The position numbers and the translations under genes were made by a program. From positions 1,054,001 through 1,118,000 of the forward strand of contig RSEE01000001.1 of NCBI GenBank assembly GCA_003971905.1: a stretch of 64,000 nt of DNA, written 5' to 3'. Below the pieces are notes generated by a model, which searched no databases, was not told the DNA's origin, and worked only from the letters and a program-made list of their open reading frames with translations. Source of the DNA: Moniliella sp. 'wahieum' (taxonomy: Eukaryota). Position 1 is the first letter of the stretch. Each line of letters starts with the position of its first letter. Below, one piece after another: positions 1 to 13,269 of the stretch.

Positions 1-6
1 CGCATT

Positions 7-2949
7 ATGCCCGCCCTGTCTCCTCCTTCCCCGCCCTGCGTAGACAGCAGTACGCAACCAACACCGCCCCCCTCGACCCGTCCAAGGCCGAGCAAATCCG
101 TCACGCCATTGGACAAGAGGAGCCCAAGCCCGAGGTTGATCATTCCTACCGTGCTGTCACCCAGCCCGACACAGCCACCATTCTCGCTCAACCGGGCATG
201 CAGCAGGGCACATTTTACCTTGACTCGATCTTCTCCATTGCCATCGGAGCCTGGGACTTGCGCCGGGGCATGACCAAGCTGGAAGCGCCCAACCTGTTGG
301 AGAAGGTCCAGTCTGCCTTACCTAACAGCAAGGAGATTGGGTACGATTTCCAGTTGCTTAGCGTTAGGGCTCGTCCTCGAGATGGGGGAGCGTTCCTCTA
401 CTTTGCGTATCGGCCTGCTCAGGATGCGCCTACGCTTGCCGAACAACAAGGGGATTCGCTCGCGTCCATTCAACAGAAACTGGACCAGGCTTTTTCCACC
501 TCATCGGAAGCCACTCGATTCACCTCCTTTACCCCGGCCTCGCGAGTACACATCGTTAAGGGAACGCCTTGGATCGAAGACATGGACCAATGGCCCTCCA
601 GTCGGCTCAATGTCAAGCTTTCCTCCGAAGCAGGTGAGCAGGCGGTCTGGGAAGCGCTCCGGCCATACGGCAGGATCCGCACCATCCAAGCCATTACCCC
701 AGGCACCCAATATATGGTTGTCTTTTCCCGTCTTCGGCGGCGGCCGCAGCCAAAAATTCGGCGCACCTTATGCGCCTTCCCGCACTCCCTGGCGCCGAGG
801 TTGGCACCCTTGGCCCAACCATCCGCCTAAACTACGAGCAGCGGTCTCGCTCCACCGAGTTTGCCCAGTGGGCCAGCTCCCACCCCAAGGTGATGATGCC
901 CATTATCTTTGCCCTGCTTGGCATTGTATCTGTCACGCTGCTCGACCCGCTGCGGGCCTGGATGGTGGAGTGGAGCAGCACATCCGGGACGTATTTGACC
1001 CAAACGCATATCAGCTTTGGCGTTGGGTCAAGCAAACAGGGGAGCGGCTGCGACTTGAAAGCGATGCACTGCTTGGTATGTCTTCGGATGACGACTCCTC
1101 GGCTGATGCGCAATTGTGGCGCGACCGGAGTGCAGGTACGCGTACCTTGGTCCGCTTGCTGCAACAGGCGCCTACCACGTTCATCACTCTCACCGGCCCT
1201 CGCGGGAGTGGGAAAAACGAACTGTTGTCACAAGCGTTGAGGGAAAATCACCTGGTCCTCGAGCTGGATGCAGCAGTGGTGGCCAAAGCGGGGCGAAAAG
1301 GCGACGTGGCGCAACTGGCGGCACTGGCCCAACAAACCGGCTATTGGCCTTCCCTTTCTTGGCTCAATCGGTTTGCAGGGATTGCCGATATGGCAGCAGC
1401 AGGGCTAATCGGATCCAAGCCGGGCTTCGCTACCCCGTCCGACCAACAGCTCAAGCAGCTCCTGACCACGGTCACCCAGGCTCTTATGACCATCAATCTC
1501 CAGGAGGCCAAGGCCGCTGAACAGCGGGAGAAGAAGGCAGCGATGCAGCGGGCCAAGGCGCAAAAGTCTCCGCCGCCTCCTCCGAAACATACCGACACGG
1601 CACCAGAGGAAGAGGGTGTGGCGTCCTCGGTTGAGGAAACGGTGGAAGGAGCGTGGAGCAAGCTGACTAGCTTCCTTCCATCCTTTTCCACCCCGGAAAA
1701 GGAGCAAGCCCCTACCTCATCTCCCGATCAGGCGGCCACTAAAGCAGCTGAGGTGGGCGAAGCTACCCTCACCACCTCCAAGGGGGATACGGTCGAGCTC
1801 GAGCACGCCGAAGAACCTCCATCGGCTACTACCTCCGTCGAAGCACGACGCTACCCTGCCGTGGTGATTCGTAACTTCCACCTCTCGGGGGTCAAGGACG
1901 AGGTGCTCTACACTGCTCTGGCCGAGTGGGGCGGCGAACTGATCCAGTCCCAGATTGCCAATGTGGTGTTTGTGAGTGACGACCCAGCTGGGATGAGCAA
2001 GGACCTAGCTCGTGCTTGCCCAACAAGCCCTTTGAGGCAATTTCCTTGGCCGATGCCGACTTACTTCGCGCTCGCAAGATCATAGCCGCCAAGATCAAGG
2101 AACTGGCAGAGCAGGAAGAAGAGACAGCCCGATCACCTGCCAAGGACTCGATTCAAGCCCGCTTGACCGCTTTGGCCGCTGCCCCACCCGCGAATGAGGC
2201 AGCCAAGGACGACGAGCACATCTCCTCGGCTGCGTCCAAAGCGGCCGAGCGGCTGCGCAGCCAACTCGACTCGACGCCGGCCGGGGAGGCTTATGGTGGC
2301 CTTCGTCCTTCCACGGCCGAATGGGTAGACAAGTTGGGTGGGCGGCAGAGACTTGTCCAACCTGGTGGAGAAGCTCAAGCTGGGCAGACGGTCCAATCGG
2401 CGGTGCAGTCGCTTATTGGTCATACGGCCGTCGCACTGCGTAAGTCTTTTGGGGAAGACATTGAGGAGGCGGCTACGCTGCCCTGGAGCCAGGCTCAGGC
2501 GTGGGGAGTGGTATCCAAGCTGGCCAAGCAGGGGGAGTTACCCTACTATGGTACACTTTTCGCTACGTTCAAGGGAAAAGAGGCCAGTCTCAAGGCCCTC
2601 GAGTCGGCCGAGGTGATCACCATTCGCAATGTGGACGGACGTCCGGCCGCAATCCGCCCGGGCCGCCCCGTGTTCTTACATGCCATGCGGGCCCTGGTGG
2701 CCGATCCAGTCTTTGCTGCCACTCAGACCTACCAGGCGAACAAGGCGCGCATCACTATGACGAGGGTGTTATTGCCCAGGTGGAAGAGGAGCTCAAGAGG
2801 ATCAAGGAGGCTGGCATGGACTCCACTGCCGCTGGACGCCAGCGCGCCCGGTTCCTGCTCGAATCTGTGGCAGAGGCAGAGGCCGAGCTGGAGAAGCTGT
2901 ATGCGGACAACCTTAAGTTGCTGGCGAAACTCAACTCGAAGCGCAGTAA
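7..2949 (+). CDS. YME2: Mitochondrial escape protein 2 (Yme2/Rna12): RRM, TM segment and P-loop RNA12 domain; frameshifted, ends approximate
   Basis: Pieces in ORFs 198-830, 770-1240, 337-2085, 2016-3008 and 2501-3103: 'RVHIVKGTPWIEDM..PSSRL', RRM 'LRPYGRI', 'WASSHPKVMMPIIFALLG', P-loop 'TFITLTGPRGSGK', 'GYWP', 'IRPGRPVF'. The start may lie before the window. Confidence 0.85.
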
Positions 2950-3112
2950 CCCTTATGCTCCCCCTCTTTCGTTTTCTTTGTACAACTCTTATCCCAATGG
3001 ATCGATGACATTATGGTTGCACAGTGGTGGATGGTGCAGGATGAGGGGCAGCGAGTGGCATGGCGTAGTAACGAGACCTATAGCCGCATGCAGGTATTTT
3101 TGACCCAACTCT

Positions 3113-4185
3113 CTACTCGTCTTTGGGCAGGGCAAAGTGACCGGCCGTGCCCTGGAGGAGGAGATGCCGCGGAGGCGTTCTTGTTCCAGAGGGCCCAGAT
3201 CCCATGCCTCGGGTTTGGTCCAGGCGGCGCCGGCACACCTCCTTCTCCTTGTCCAGCGCAGCAAAGAACGCCTGAAAGAAAGTGCCAGAGGCAGTATTGG
3301 AACCCCACCAGTTATTCATCTTCCTCTTGGACTTGGGCACACTTGGATCCGCAGCAATCTCGGCCCGCAACTGCTCTGCCTTCTCCCAGGAAGCGGCGCC
3401 GTTGGCACCATAGCCCTGGGTAGCCAACACCAGCCATGGGGGAACAGTACGGCGGGAAGCCTTGATGCAGTACCGGGAGATGGCGGTGCAGTACACCTTG
3501 TTCTTCTTCCCGGCGCGAGGGGGCGCAATGAACTGGCTTTTGATGTCTGGGCGCGGGCGAGGGGTAAGGGTAGGGGTGGGTTAAGGCAAAGAGGAGAGAG
3601 GAAAAAACTACGTTAGTGAGGTCCCTGGCTGGGCAGGGCCAAGGGGAAGGTCACCTACAGATCCACTTTTCGTCCCACGCGATGAGGGAGGTGTGCAGCT
3701 GGAAAGGAGCGAACAATGGGATTTCAGAATGGAAGGTGTAATCAGCGCCGCGAGGGCAGTGAAGCCCCCGTCGTAAAGAGACGTGGGAAGTAGCGGATTA
3801 CAAACCGCATGCGACTAAAGTCGACGGCGGCAGAGGCGTAGGAGGGAGTTGGACATGTGCAGGTTGTAGTCTGCCATGTCGGGCCAGACTCGACCGGGAC
3901 GCACGGTGTGCAAATCGAATACGGAGGTGCCAGGGCAGATTTCGCGCGTGCTCAACTGCGGCTGTACATCGGGGGCGCGTCAGGCCCTTAACAGCACGGC
4001 GAGCGAAGGGACGGAACCACCAAGGACGACGGCCAGGCTGTTGCCCCGTTCGTTCACCAGTTCGGTGATCAAGAGGCGGACGTGCCAGAGCAGCGGGAAG
4101 GCGTGAATGTTTGACGACAGGAGGAGAAGGAGGAGCACCTTGGCGCCCCCAGGGCATGGGGGAGCAATGTTGATACGACGGACAT
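3113..4185 (-). CDS. THEM6/YBR096W-like hotdog-fold thioesterase family protein; 1 intron (3547-3658), frameshifted
   Basis: Manual translation of the - strand gives 'HAFPLLWHVR', 'RVWPDMADYNLHMSNS', 'IPLFAPFQLHTSLIAWDEKWI|YIKSQF', 'AISRYCIKASRRTVPP' and 'EQERLRG'. The intron runs GTAGGT...CAG with an ACTAAC branch-like site. Confidence 0.7.
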
Positions 4186-4454
4186 GGATGGTGGTGGTTG
4201 GGGGGATGAGAGCAAAGGGTGGTGCTCAAATAGGTTTGATTAGGGGGCGGGGGGTGAGTAGCCCAACGCAGGCCGAAGACCGAAGACCGAAGATGCAATG
4301 ACGCGTGATGGCTAGGAAGCGAGCTCAGGCGGTACTGAGTCTGAGTACGAGTCTGAGTACTCGAGAGGGACTGAGCCTGTCTGCCTCAGTGAGTCGCAGT
4401 GGCTTCGATGGGGGCCGCGCCGCGCCAGCGTCAGGTGTCTCGTGTCACACATCG

Positions 4455-4992
4455 CACGTGACCGCCATGCACTGTGCGCGACAAGGTCATGTTCAAATGT
4501 TCAACCACCTTGGGCGTTCTTCGGCGCCTCCTGACGTGTCACGTGTGTCACATGACATGGGCCAATGGGCGGGCCGCCGTCCGCGGAGTCGGCGTCTGGG
4601 CGGATTAACTGATTATCGATTGCGTCGATGAGCGTCACGCCAAGGCCCCAAGCTTCAAGCGTTGCTCCGCCTTGCTCGGGCTTGCTCAGCGCTGGCGCGC
4701 AGCCGCTCAGCCCTTGCTCAGCTGCTCAGCGCGCTCGGCTGCTCCGGCGCCCTGAGGTTGCCGAACAGCATCTCCGCTCTCCCCAACAGCTGCCTGTGCA
4801 GCTGACATGCAGCGGGCAACCCCTAGCAGCGTGTCTGCTAAGCGCTAATGATTGGATCTTAGATCTTAGACCACCTGCTCGTCACCCCGCGCTTGGGGTA
4901 ATTCTGGTTAGCCATAGTGCATAGGCGGCCTAAGCACGTCACGTGGCAACACTCACAGTCACGTGCGCCAAGTCACGTGACCGGCGCACGTG
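4455..4992. promoter_or_regulatory. Divergent promoter with a cluster of six CACGTG E-boxes
   Basis: CACGTG at 4455, 4540, 4940, 4960, 4974 and 4987 (mostly TCACGTG or CACGTGAC), between the thioesterase and HID1 starts. Confidence 0.5.
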
Positions 4993-5076
4993 ACACCCGT
5001 GTGAGTGGCCTGGCGCCTTGACTCTGACCAGAACAACGCCCCGCCGCACCGTCCTCGTCCCTCCGACGCCCCGCCC

Positions 5077-7514
5077 ATGACGCCGGCCACGACTTCGGGC
5101 ACGGCGTGGTCTTGGCTCGGCCTCTCGTCTGCGTCGTCTTCGGACGCAGACGACGCCCACCCCTTCGCCTCCTTCTGCTCCGACGCCCGCTGGGCCTGCC
5201 TCGCCTCTGGGCCCAGCGCCACATCCCCCCCACCAACACGACTACTGGCGCCGCTGGCTCGCTCTCCTCCGGCCGCCCTCGTCGCAACCCGGCCCATCCG
5301 GCTCTCGCCCAACCCACGCATTACTACGCTCTTTCCGTTCCCAATGTCCGCCGCGCTCTTGCTCATGCCCCGGAGAACGTCGCTGCCTTGCTGGAATTCC
5401 TGGTGGCCCACCTCGAAGGCCTTGTCCGCGATGATCACTTCTGCCCCCCACCTCGCCCCGGTGCCCATTTGCCCACGGGTCCCCGCGACGTGTTCCGAAG
5501 CCATAACGGCCATCCAGCTTCTTTCCCATGTCCTTCCCGTCGTGTTGGAGGGCGACCATGACACCTACTCGCTCATTGAGGCCGATGGCGCCACCGAGCC
5601 CCGCGTTGCTCACACGTCTTGGACCTTTGAGCGCACCGTTCTCTGGATCCCCCATCTGCCTTGAAGGAGAGATATGCCCTCGTCGGATCCATTGGGAGCA
5701 AATGACCCCAACCTATTCCCCATCCCCGCCAAACCAAGATGCGACAGAGCTTGTCTCGGCCACCGTCTCCTTACTATGCTGCTGGATCTGCTCTTCGTCC
5801 CCGGTTTCAGTCTCCCATGGACCCCGGAACTTCGGGCAGACTGCAGCTGCACTCAACTACCAGGGCACGGTATGTGATTTGGTCTCCAGGCTTGGGCAGC
5901 TCGACAGGAATTGAGGGCACCACGTCGACCCATGTGGCACACCCATCGTGTTGTTACGCTTGATCTTGATCCTACTTGGTGCGGCGTGTATCATTCTCCC
6001 CACCAGGCGAAGGAGAGAGTGAGTTTGTGGACGATGCGCTACATACATCTCGCAACAGGATACGATCGACCCATTGTCCTGCCTCTTCTCTGCAGCCTGA
6101 TGAACACCATCCTTTGTCCTCCCGTGCAAGGGGACAGCTGGACTGCTTGGGCCATGGGTTGGGTGCCCAGTACCATCACCAGTTCCACCCAAGACAGCTC
6201 TAGTGAGCTGGCCCTCCTTTGCCTGCAGATCACATCGCTCCTCCTCTCCTACACCCCGGGACTGATGAGCCACAAGAAGAGAGCGCCACCACCGAGGTCA
6301 ACTGGTTCCGCCACTACCTCGCACGTTTGCATCGTCCAACGGATTACAACCTGCTCTGGTCTGGACTGAGTACCTGGGTGGAGTCTGGCACACATACCCC
6401 ACTCTTTTTGGGGAACGCAGGGCGGGCAACATCGCTCGAAGCGCTCACATTGTTCTGGATGGCCCTACGCGTCAACCTTGGGTTCCAAGCCTGGCTCTCT
6501 GGATCCCGTCAAAGCCAATCTCGTGCTCGCCTGGCTCTTGCATTTATCCTCCGGTTCCGAACCCAGGAAACAGACCGCGCCCTGGTTCAGACGAGCGCAT
6601 GGGTGATTGAGGACTTATCCGCCCACAAGGCCTGGTGTGCCTGCTGGGCCCAGCCTTTCTTTCCCTCCAAGCTTTTACCCGTACCCTACCTCCCGCCACC
6701 CCAATAGGGCACTGATGCGCTTGTCCTCACCGCGACCACGTTGGCACCCTGGTCCCTTGCCCAGAAGGTGCGCAAGTCACAACAGCATTGCTGCGCGCCT
6801 CCCGCAATCGGCGCCTTACTGGCATAGTCTGTCGATAGTGGCAGCAACCAAGCTGGCTCAACTCACTGGCTCCCTGGCTCAGCCCAAAGTGTGGCTGTAG
6901 GGCCTCCACGAGGGGAATGGCTACGTCTGCTCCTTGATTGTGTGGCGCTTGCTGGCGTGCGCATCCGCCTGAACAGGTACACCTTCTTTACGCCCTGGTG
7001 ACGGGTGCCGCACCCGAGCTGGCTCAGCTCGCCAACTGAGCCTTGCTTCGGCGTTGGTGCACGTGCATCGCTTGTCGCCTGCCGCTCAGGACGACAGGGC
7101 GAGATCAAGCGCAAGGCAGAAGCGTACCGGGGCGATGGGTACGTGCCTACCGAGCGTGGCGTGGGCCACGTGGGTTGCCTCCCTCGATCCGGCCCGCACA
7201 GTGGTTGCAGAGAGTTGCTGGCGGAGCTGGTGCCGGGGTGGAGCGGTATCGGAGGGGCATTGTGCTCAAGCCTCATGCCGAGCAGCGCGTGCTTGCCTTT
7301 GTTCGGGACTGGGCGGTGGAGCATGCACCTGCACCTGCGCTTGTGGATGATCCAAGTCAGACCACGGACCCTTTCAGTGGGATGGGGTGTCGGAGCAGTT
7401 GTCGGCGTGGTTGTGGGTGCGCATCTTGCGCCAGTCGCAGCTAGCGTGTGGGAGGGGGACGAGGTGCGGCTGCCAACATATAGATTGGGGAGATTCGCAT
7501 CGAGCATGGATTGA
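5077..7514 (+). CDS. HID1: HID1/Ecm30 family Golgi protein; frameshifted
   Basis: Fragments 'VRRALAHAPENVAALL', 'HVLPVVLE', 'LLDLLFVPGFSLP', 'YVIWSPGLG', 'LLCSLMNT', 'NWFRHYLARLHRPTDY' and C-terminal 'VWEGDEVRL' match HID-1 family motifs. Confidence 0.75.
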
Positions 7515-8081
7515 GAACAGAGATATCGCGAAATGCACCCACCCCAAGTGAACCTATATGAACCGCGGATGCAACTTGAAGAGCATACGCTTTCGGCAAC
7601 TCGGTTGGCGCTTGTACCTGATGAGGCTGGGGGTCAGCCTGCAGTCTCCCATCTTCCCTCTCCCCTACGGGTTGCCCGACCGCGTCCCCCTGGAACCCAA
7701 TGATGCGGGTGAGTTACTAACATACTAAGTTTTCATCCATTTGTTTGGTTCATTCGCTGGCTGTAGCCAGATACCACCATCCCCTATGACACACCTGCTA
7801 TCGACGTGATCCCTTCAGCTCTGGAGTCAATGTGCGGGTTGAGTGCGAGTATATTATTGTAGCACTACCGAGATGTGGTCTCTCTTTCGAGCTCCCTTTA
7901 TGGAATGCACGTGCGATCGCCTTCGGTCGTTCAGTTTTCTGTTTGCGAGGATATACTGGAATAGGTGGGGCTTAGGGATCATACGGATCCCTGCACTTGG
8001 ATGCATTTTTACGCCCACGCGTTCTTCCCCCCCTCATCTGAGCCTGCACCCGCGGGCTCGGCTCGGTCCAGGCATTGGCTT

Positions 8082-11000
8082 CTAGCCCCAGACCAGCGGC
8101 TGTTCCTTTGCGGCCTCAGGCCTCCGAGCCATCGTCTCCGACTCGTAGTCGTCACTATCCGTTCGCCGCCCCAGCCACCGCTGCCAACGGCCGCATCGAC
8201 TGTAGCAGCCTCGATGGTTTGGGATGAGCTCATCTGCGCCTTGGGAACCATTCCGCCTCTTTCTTCTTCTTCTTCTTCTTCTTCTTCTTCTCATCTTCAT
8301 ACTCATCCGACTCGGCAGACGAGTCGTCTTCGTACTCTTTCGTACTCCTCGTCCTCCCTTGCGGGCGCACTGAGATCCAGCTCGATCAAACGGGGGGGCT
8401 CGTCGGTATCATCCAGGAACGAGTCCAGGTCTTGGTACTTTGGGTTCATCCGCCCCCCAACGAATGCAGTGGGGGAACGGTTGCTTCCGGGGTTGCGCTT
8501 TCTGGCGTTCCATTAGAAGCAGGATGCACAACCTCGTCCTCCTCAGGTACATACTCGTAAGCCGACGCAGGTAGGGCGGCAGCGTACTGCGCGGGCCTGC
8601 CTGTGGCGCCTCCCGTGCCTTGGCTGCAGCCTTTCAAATCGCGCTGCGCTGGGCCTTGTCCACTCCCTTCCCTCTCAGCCCAGGGTGGAACAGACATGTA
8701 CTCCGCCCCAAAGATATCCCGTCCCCCGCGAAGGAGAGGAGCCAAACTCGTGCCTCGCCCGACAGGCGAGACGGGGGCTCTGCTGCACTAACAGCATTTC
8801 CACCAATGCCGAGGAGGGATACCAGGTTTGGTTTTCTCTTTTGTCTCTTCCCAGCAGCAGCCGCCGTAGACTCATCCTTCTTTGTCTCTTCCGAGCCAAG
8901 TCGGCGGCAACCCATGCGGCGACACTGCGCACCAGAGCCACATAGTGCTCCACATGGGCATGAAGATCGAGGTTGGGATCCTCCCATGCCTGTTGGAAGA
9001 GACGATGGGTGTGAACATCGACTTGGACGAGAAGCGTAGGGTCGACTCCGGCGCCCCTCACATTGAGCATTGGAGGTAGCCCAGATCTTGACGGCGGTAG
9101 TGACAAGGGCCATGCGGGCCTCGGTGGGTTCCTTGCTATAATTTTTGGCAGCTTTGTGCAGCAGGTCGGGGCCTAACAGCTCAGCAGCAGACTTGCGTAC
9201 TTGGACAGTCGCACCATCGGGCGGAGTAAACTCTACCTCCACTTCCACCCGACAGACTCGCCTAGTAACCACGCCAACGTCGCCCTCTCCTCGCCTCCGG
9301 CAACATTGCGTTTGCCCACCAATTTGAGTCGCTTGCCCTGCGGCGCAGCACCGTCCGGGGACGTGTAGAGCAACCTCGCGGCATGTTGCAAGAGATCAAA
9401 CATGTGCCACTTGAAGTTCCTCCTGGGCCTTGCGCAACTCCAGCCGTGTCCCGTCCTCCTTCTGAAGAAGCATCAGGCTCTCATTCTTGCCTTGCAGGAT
9501 GCGCGACAAGACCTGCACTGCACCTTGGATCACGCCACGTCGGAGTCCGACCGAGCGGAGGGACGGTCAAACGGATCACTTCCTTCTCTTCCTGTAAGTT
9601 TGCTCCCGCCTGCAACGTCTCGGAGCAAACCCAACGCCACCTCCGAGAGACGTGCTTCCACCCCCCATTTATCGAGGGTAGGGCGGGTAAGATCAAGCGC
9701 ACGAGGTCCCCCCACCTCCCCACTAGGTCGGCCAGAATCTTGAGCGCATGTGTTGCTCGGCTTTCGCGCCATTCGAAGCGCGCTGTCTCCTCCAGCTCCT
9801 CCACGAGCCAGGCAGCATGTCCTCTCCCACAAGCAGAGGCAGCAGTTCCAATTTGGCAAAAAAGATCGGGTCGGTGGCCGTCGCCCCCGACAGTGTCGTA
9901 GTGCTCATGTGGAACGCATTGGGGGCAAGAGAACTGGTTGCATCTCCCGCCCCCGTCAGCGCATTGCTCACTGCGGTACTCATGGTTGTACCCGCCTCAC
10001 GCAACGCAGGCAGATTGCCAAGCTGACCCAGCTGGCCCAGGGCACCAAGGTTGCCCAAGTTGGTGGCCAGGGTAGCCGTTGTACTAGCCAAACTCGATGC
10101 TGCTCCCTCCACCACTGCTGCAGGAGGGACAAGGGCAAGCGATCCGGGGGCAAACGAGCTGGTGCTGCAGTCGCTGCGGGGGTAAAAGTCGGTGAGCATA
10201 TCAGCCAGGATGGGTTGGTACTGGGGGTCGCTCCGCATCAGCCAAAGCAGATTCAGGAGGAGGATATAGGTCACGTCTCGGTCTTCGACTGTGCCACTTG
10301 CAGACGAGGCCAGAACGGCAAGTTGGGTGATGAAATTGCTGTGGTCCGAAGAAGGGAGGAGATAGTATAGCAACCGACTGGCAGAGAGCACGACCGAGGC
10401 GTTGGTGCTTTGCAACAGTTGGGTGACCTTGTACGTTAGTAACTCCAGGTCTTCGTCTCGTTTTTTCGTCTTGTCGGCCTGCACAAGGTCAGCGGGTTGC
10501 TCAAAGTTGCACCGTGCATAGTGAAGTAGCACTTCACACGCCACCACTTGGCTCCATTCGTCAAAGTCAGGCAGAGCATGGCAGATCCTGCGGTAGTGCG
10601 GATGAAGTAGCTCCCATCGCTCCGCGAACGCCTTGGCGCGGACTTGGGCCTGGTCGTGATCTTCTACGGGTTGGTAAAGCGCACCAAAGATGCGCTGGAA
10701 GGAGACCAATGCAGCACCAATTACAACGGGTGTGCGGTCCCCCAAAAGGAGGGACAATATGGACAGATAAGAAGTGAGGTTGTCCACATCGGCACTGGGA
10801 GGGTCAGCATGAGACGGCAGAGCACAGATGTCAAACGCAACATACTCAATGCACCGCGGTAAGGCCAGAGCGGTGACTCTGCGTACATATGCACTTGTGT
10901 CGAGCGCAGCTTTGCGGACGGAGAGCTCGACAATGCTGTTGGCCATGTGGTTGCGCAGCCCCGTGAGGACACGGATCGCCATGCCGCGGACTAGCGGCGA

Positions 11001-11441
11001 GGGGTCGGTAGCATCGCGCTGGAACGAGTTGATGGAGAGAAGCGTCAATTCCTCGGCCTCGGGCGAGTGCTGGGCATATTGAAGGATGACGACATAAACC
11101 AGGCGCCGCACCTCGAGCGAGGGGGACGACGTGAGTTTGAGCGCGCCAGGAAGGAATTCAGAGGCGTCTCGGCCCTTGGATATGAGAGCAACCACACGGC
11201 GCAGGCCCTCGATCTGAAGGGAAACATTGGTGCTAGCGAGCTGGGGGGCGATCTGGCTGAGCTTGTCGAGCCCCGTGTCGAGGTATTTGTCTCTGCGACG
11301 GGCGGCGCTGGTGGTGCCAAGGGCGGCGAGGCCAGGGAGGTGTACGCCGGTGCCCGAGCGCTCGAGCATGTCCTGCAGCGCATCGGCAGTGTCCTCTGCG
11401 CGCTCACGGAGAAATTCAAGCGCTCCACGTCCACCGGACAT
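8082..11441 (-). CDS. APL6: AP-3 adaptor complex beta subunit; frameshifted 3' half, small intron near 10795-10845
   Basis: ORF 9723-11441 is Adaptin_N: 'GLRRVVALISKGRDAS', 'LEVRRLVY', 'LLSINSFQR..DPSPLVRGMAIRVL', 'LLHPHYRRICHALPDFDEWSQV'. Later fragments include 'PDLLHKAAKNY', 'VPPWA', 'YQDLDSFL' and an acidic hinge. Confidence 0.85.
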
Positions 11442-12082
11442 GGTGGAAGAGGCAGGGGGGGCGGTGGTTGGAGCGGAGGGAAGGCGAGTGGATCGGCCGA
11501 CGTGGCCTCGGCGTAGCGGTTGGTTGGTTGGAGCACCACCGCCGGCCTAGGAATATGAAACGCCAGCATAGGAAACGTTGATATTTCAGGCCCAGTGACC
11601 CCATATTCCGCCCCGCGCGGAACAGCAGCATTGGAATGGGCATTGGGCGCCACATTTCATGCACCACATTGGATGATGCATGATACGTCACGCGTTTGAG
11701 CCTTACTTTGTCCAGTCTGTGTGTTGCTGCCGGCCTAGATAGAGACGGCAATCCCAGGCTTCATCGCCCCCATGGACCTCATTGGCAACATGACGTTGCA
11801 CAAGCACTTGACCGGGGCCAGCACCACATCAGAAACCATGTTTGGCATGGCCGAAGGCTGTGGGAGCTCGACCTTTGGCCCGACCAGCCATTAATCATTG
11901 GAGTCCATTACTAGACTATCATGTGTGCACTGAGCACGACGCGCTCTCTTTAGTTCGAACCATGTACGCCCGCCTTCTCTCTCCTTGTTGGGTTACTGAT
12001 TCGAGGTATCCAGCACACCGGACAAGGTGATTGAGCGGACATTGAGGACGAGGCAACACTGAAAATGAGAATGGATTATTGA

Positions 12083-13269
12083 TTAGATCTCAATCGTTTT
12101 GCGTGCTTTGATTTTCTTGGTGGCTCGTACGGGAGCAGTGTAGGCGAGGTGGTTACCATACAGGTTCATCTCTACAACCGCAGTCGCCGTCTGGATGGAC
12201 GTGGCGGGAGCGAGGGGATCTGGGCGACGAAGATCGTACCCCGCTTGGGCAAGCCTAAAATAGTCGTCAGTAACGGCACACAGTGAAAGAAAAACCGTAG
12301 AGTCGAGAGGGCACGCACGTCGTACAAGAGGATATTCTTTTTTCTCTTTGCGTCTTTGTTAGTCCCAGACTGGCCATGAGAGCACACGTCCTCGTCCATC
12401 CATTCGGGCGTCCCCAAGACCAAGGTATGCTCCGTCTCCATAAGAACGATACCATGGATGCCCCGCATATCAGCGCAGGTGCTGTCAGCGACATATACGG
12501 CAGCCCCGTCCAGTCGGCTTTGGAAAGCGCACCGGCCGCACCGTGGGCAAGTTGTGAGGGGATGGTTAGTGGGCGTGCGCTCCCCTCGGCTACACCATCG
12601 GGGACATGAAGCCGACCCCCCTGCAGGTCTCTGGGTGTCTTCAAACAAAGGGATCAAGCGCTCCTTGCTCAGCGGCGATTTCAAGCGAGCGCACCGTAGC
12701 TCCTTCCTGGAGACGAAGCATATCTTGAATGTACCCGACCCAGAGATGGTGGGTCTGTAAAAGAAGTGAGTTGGTAGCAATCATCTCCACATCCTTCGTA
12801 GTCAACTTGTTCGGACGTTTAGCATGAGACGTGGACTTTGTTTGAGCTTGACGTTGCTTCCCCTTCCGGGACGGGCATTTACCCCCCTAAGTTCACTCTG
12901 CTCTCTTCGGGCCTCGCGGCGGCGATCCTTCTGCACCCTCCGGAGCCGCTTCTGGAGTGAAGTCTCCTGTGCACTCCCGGCCGGGTTCGATGGACGAGGG
13001 CGGTCCATCCTGGCCAGTTGAAGAAACCTGTCCCGGATGCGATCCACATGCTGAAACGCCTCTGCTGGGGATCCCTCAAGAGGAGGAGCAACGTGAGTTT
13101 CGTTCGCCGCCACCGCGCTGCCTTCGGCGGCACTTGCAGGAACCAAGCTGGGGTCGAAGGCATGCACAGCGGAAAACAGCTGCTCCGCCTCATAATTGCG
13201 TGAGGCACGTAAAGCATCCAGCAGTGCTGTCCGTGCCAGGTATTCCGCTGGAGTTTCGGTCGTGCTCAT
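12083..13269 (-). CDS. POP4: RNase P/MRP subunit Pop4 (Rpp29); frameshifted
   Basis: Joined frames give 'LSKADWTGAAVYVADSTCADMRGIHGIVLMETEHTL', 'LPKRGTIF' and C-terminal 'NLYGNHLAYTAPVRATKKIKARKTIEI*', the Rpp29/UPF0086 signature. Confidence 0.8.

Noticed and set aside
12026..12065. GACGAGGCA...CTGA as an snR75-like snoRNA
   Set aside because: Only a 9-nt match, on the opposite strand to the cluster. The spacing to CTGA violates the D+5 rule and there is no good box C.
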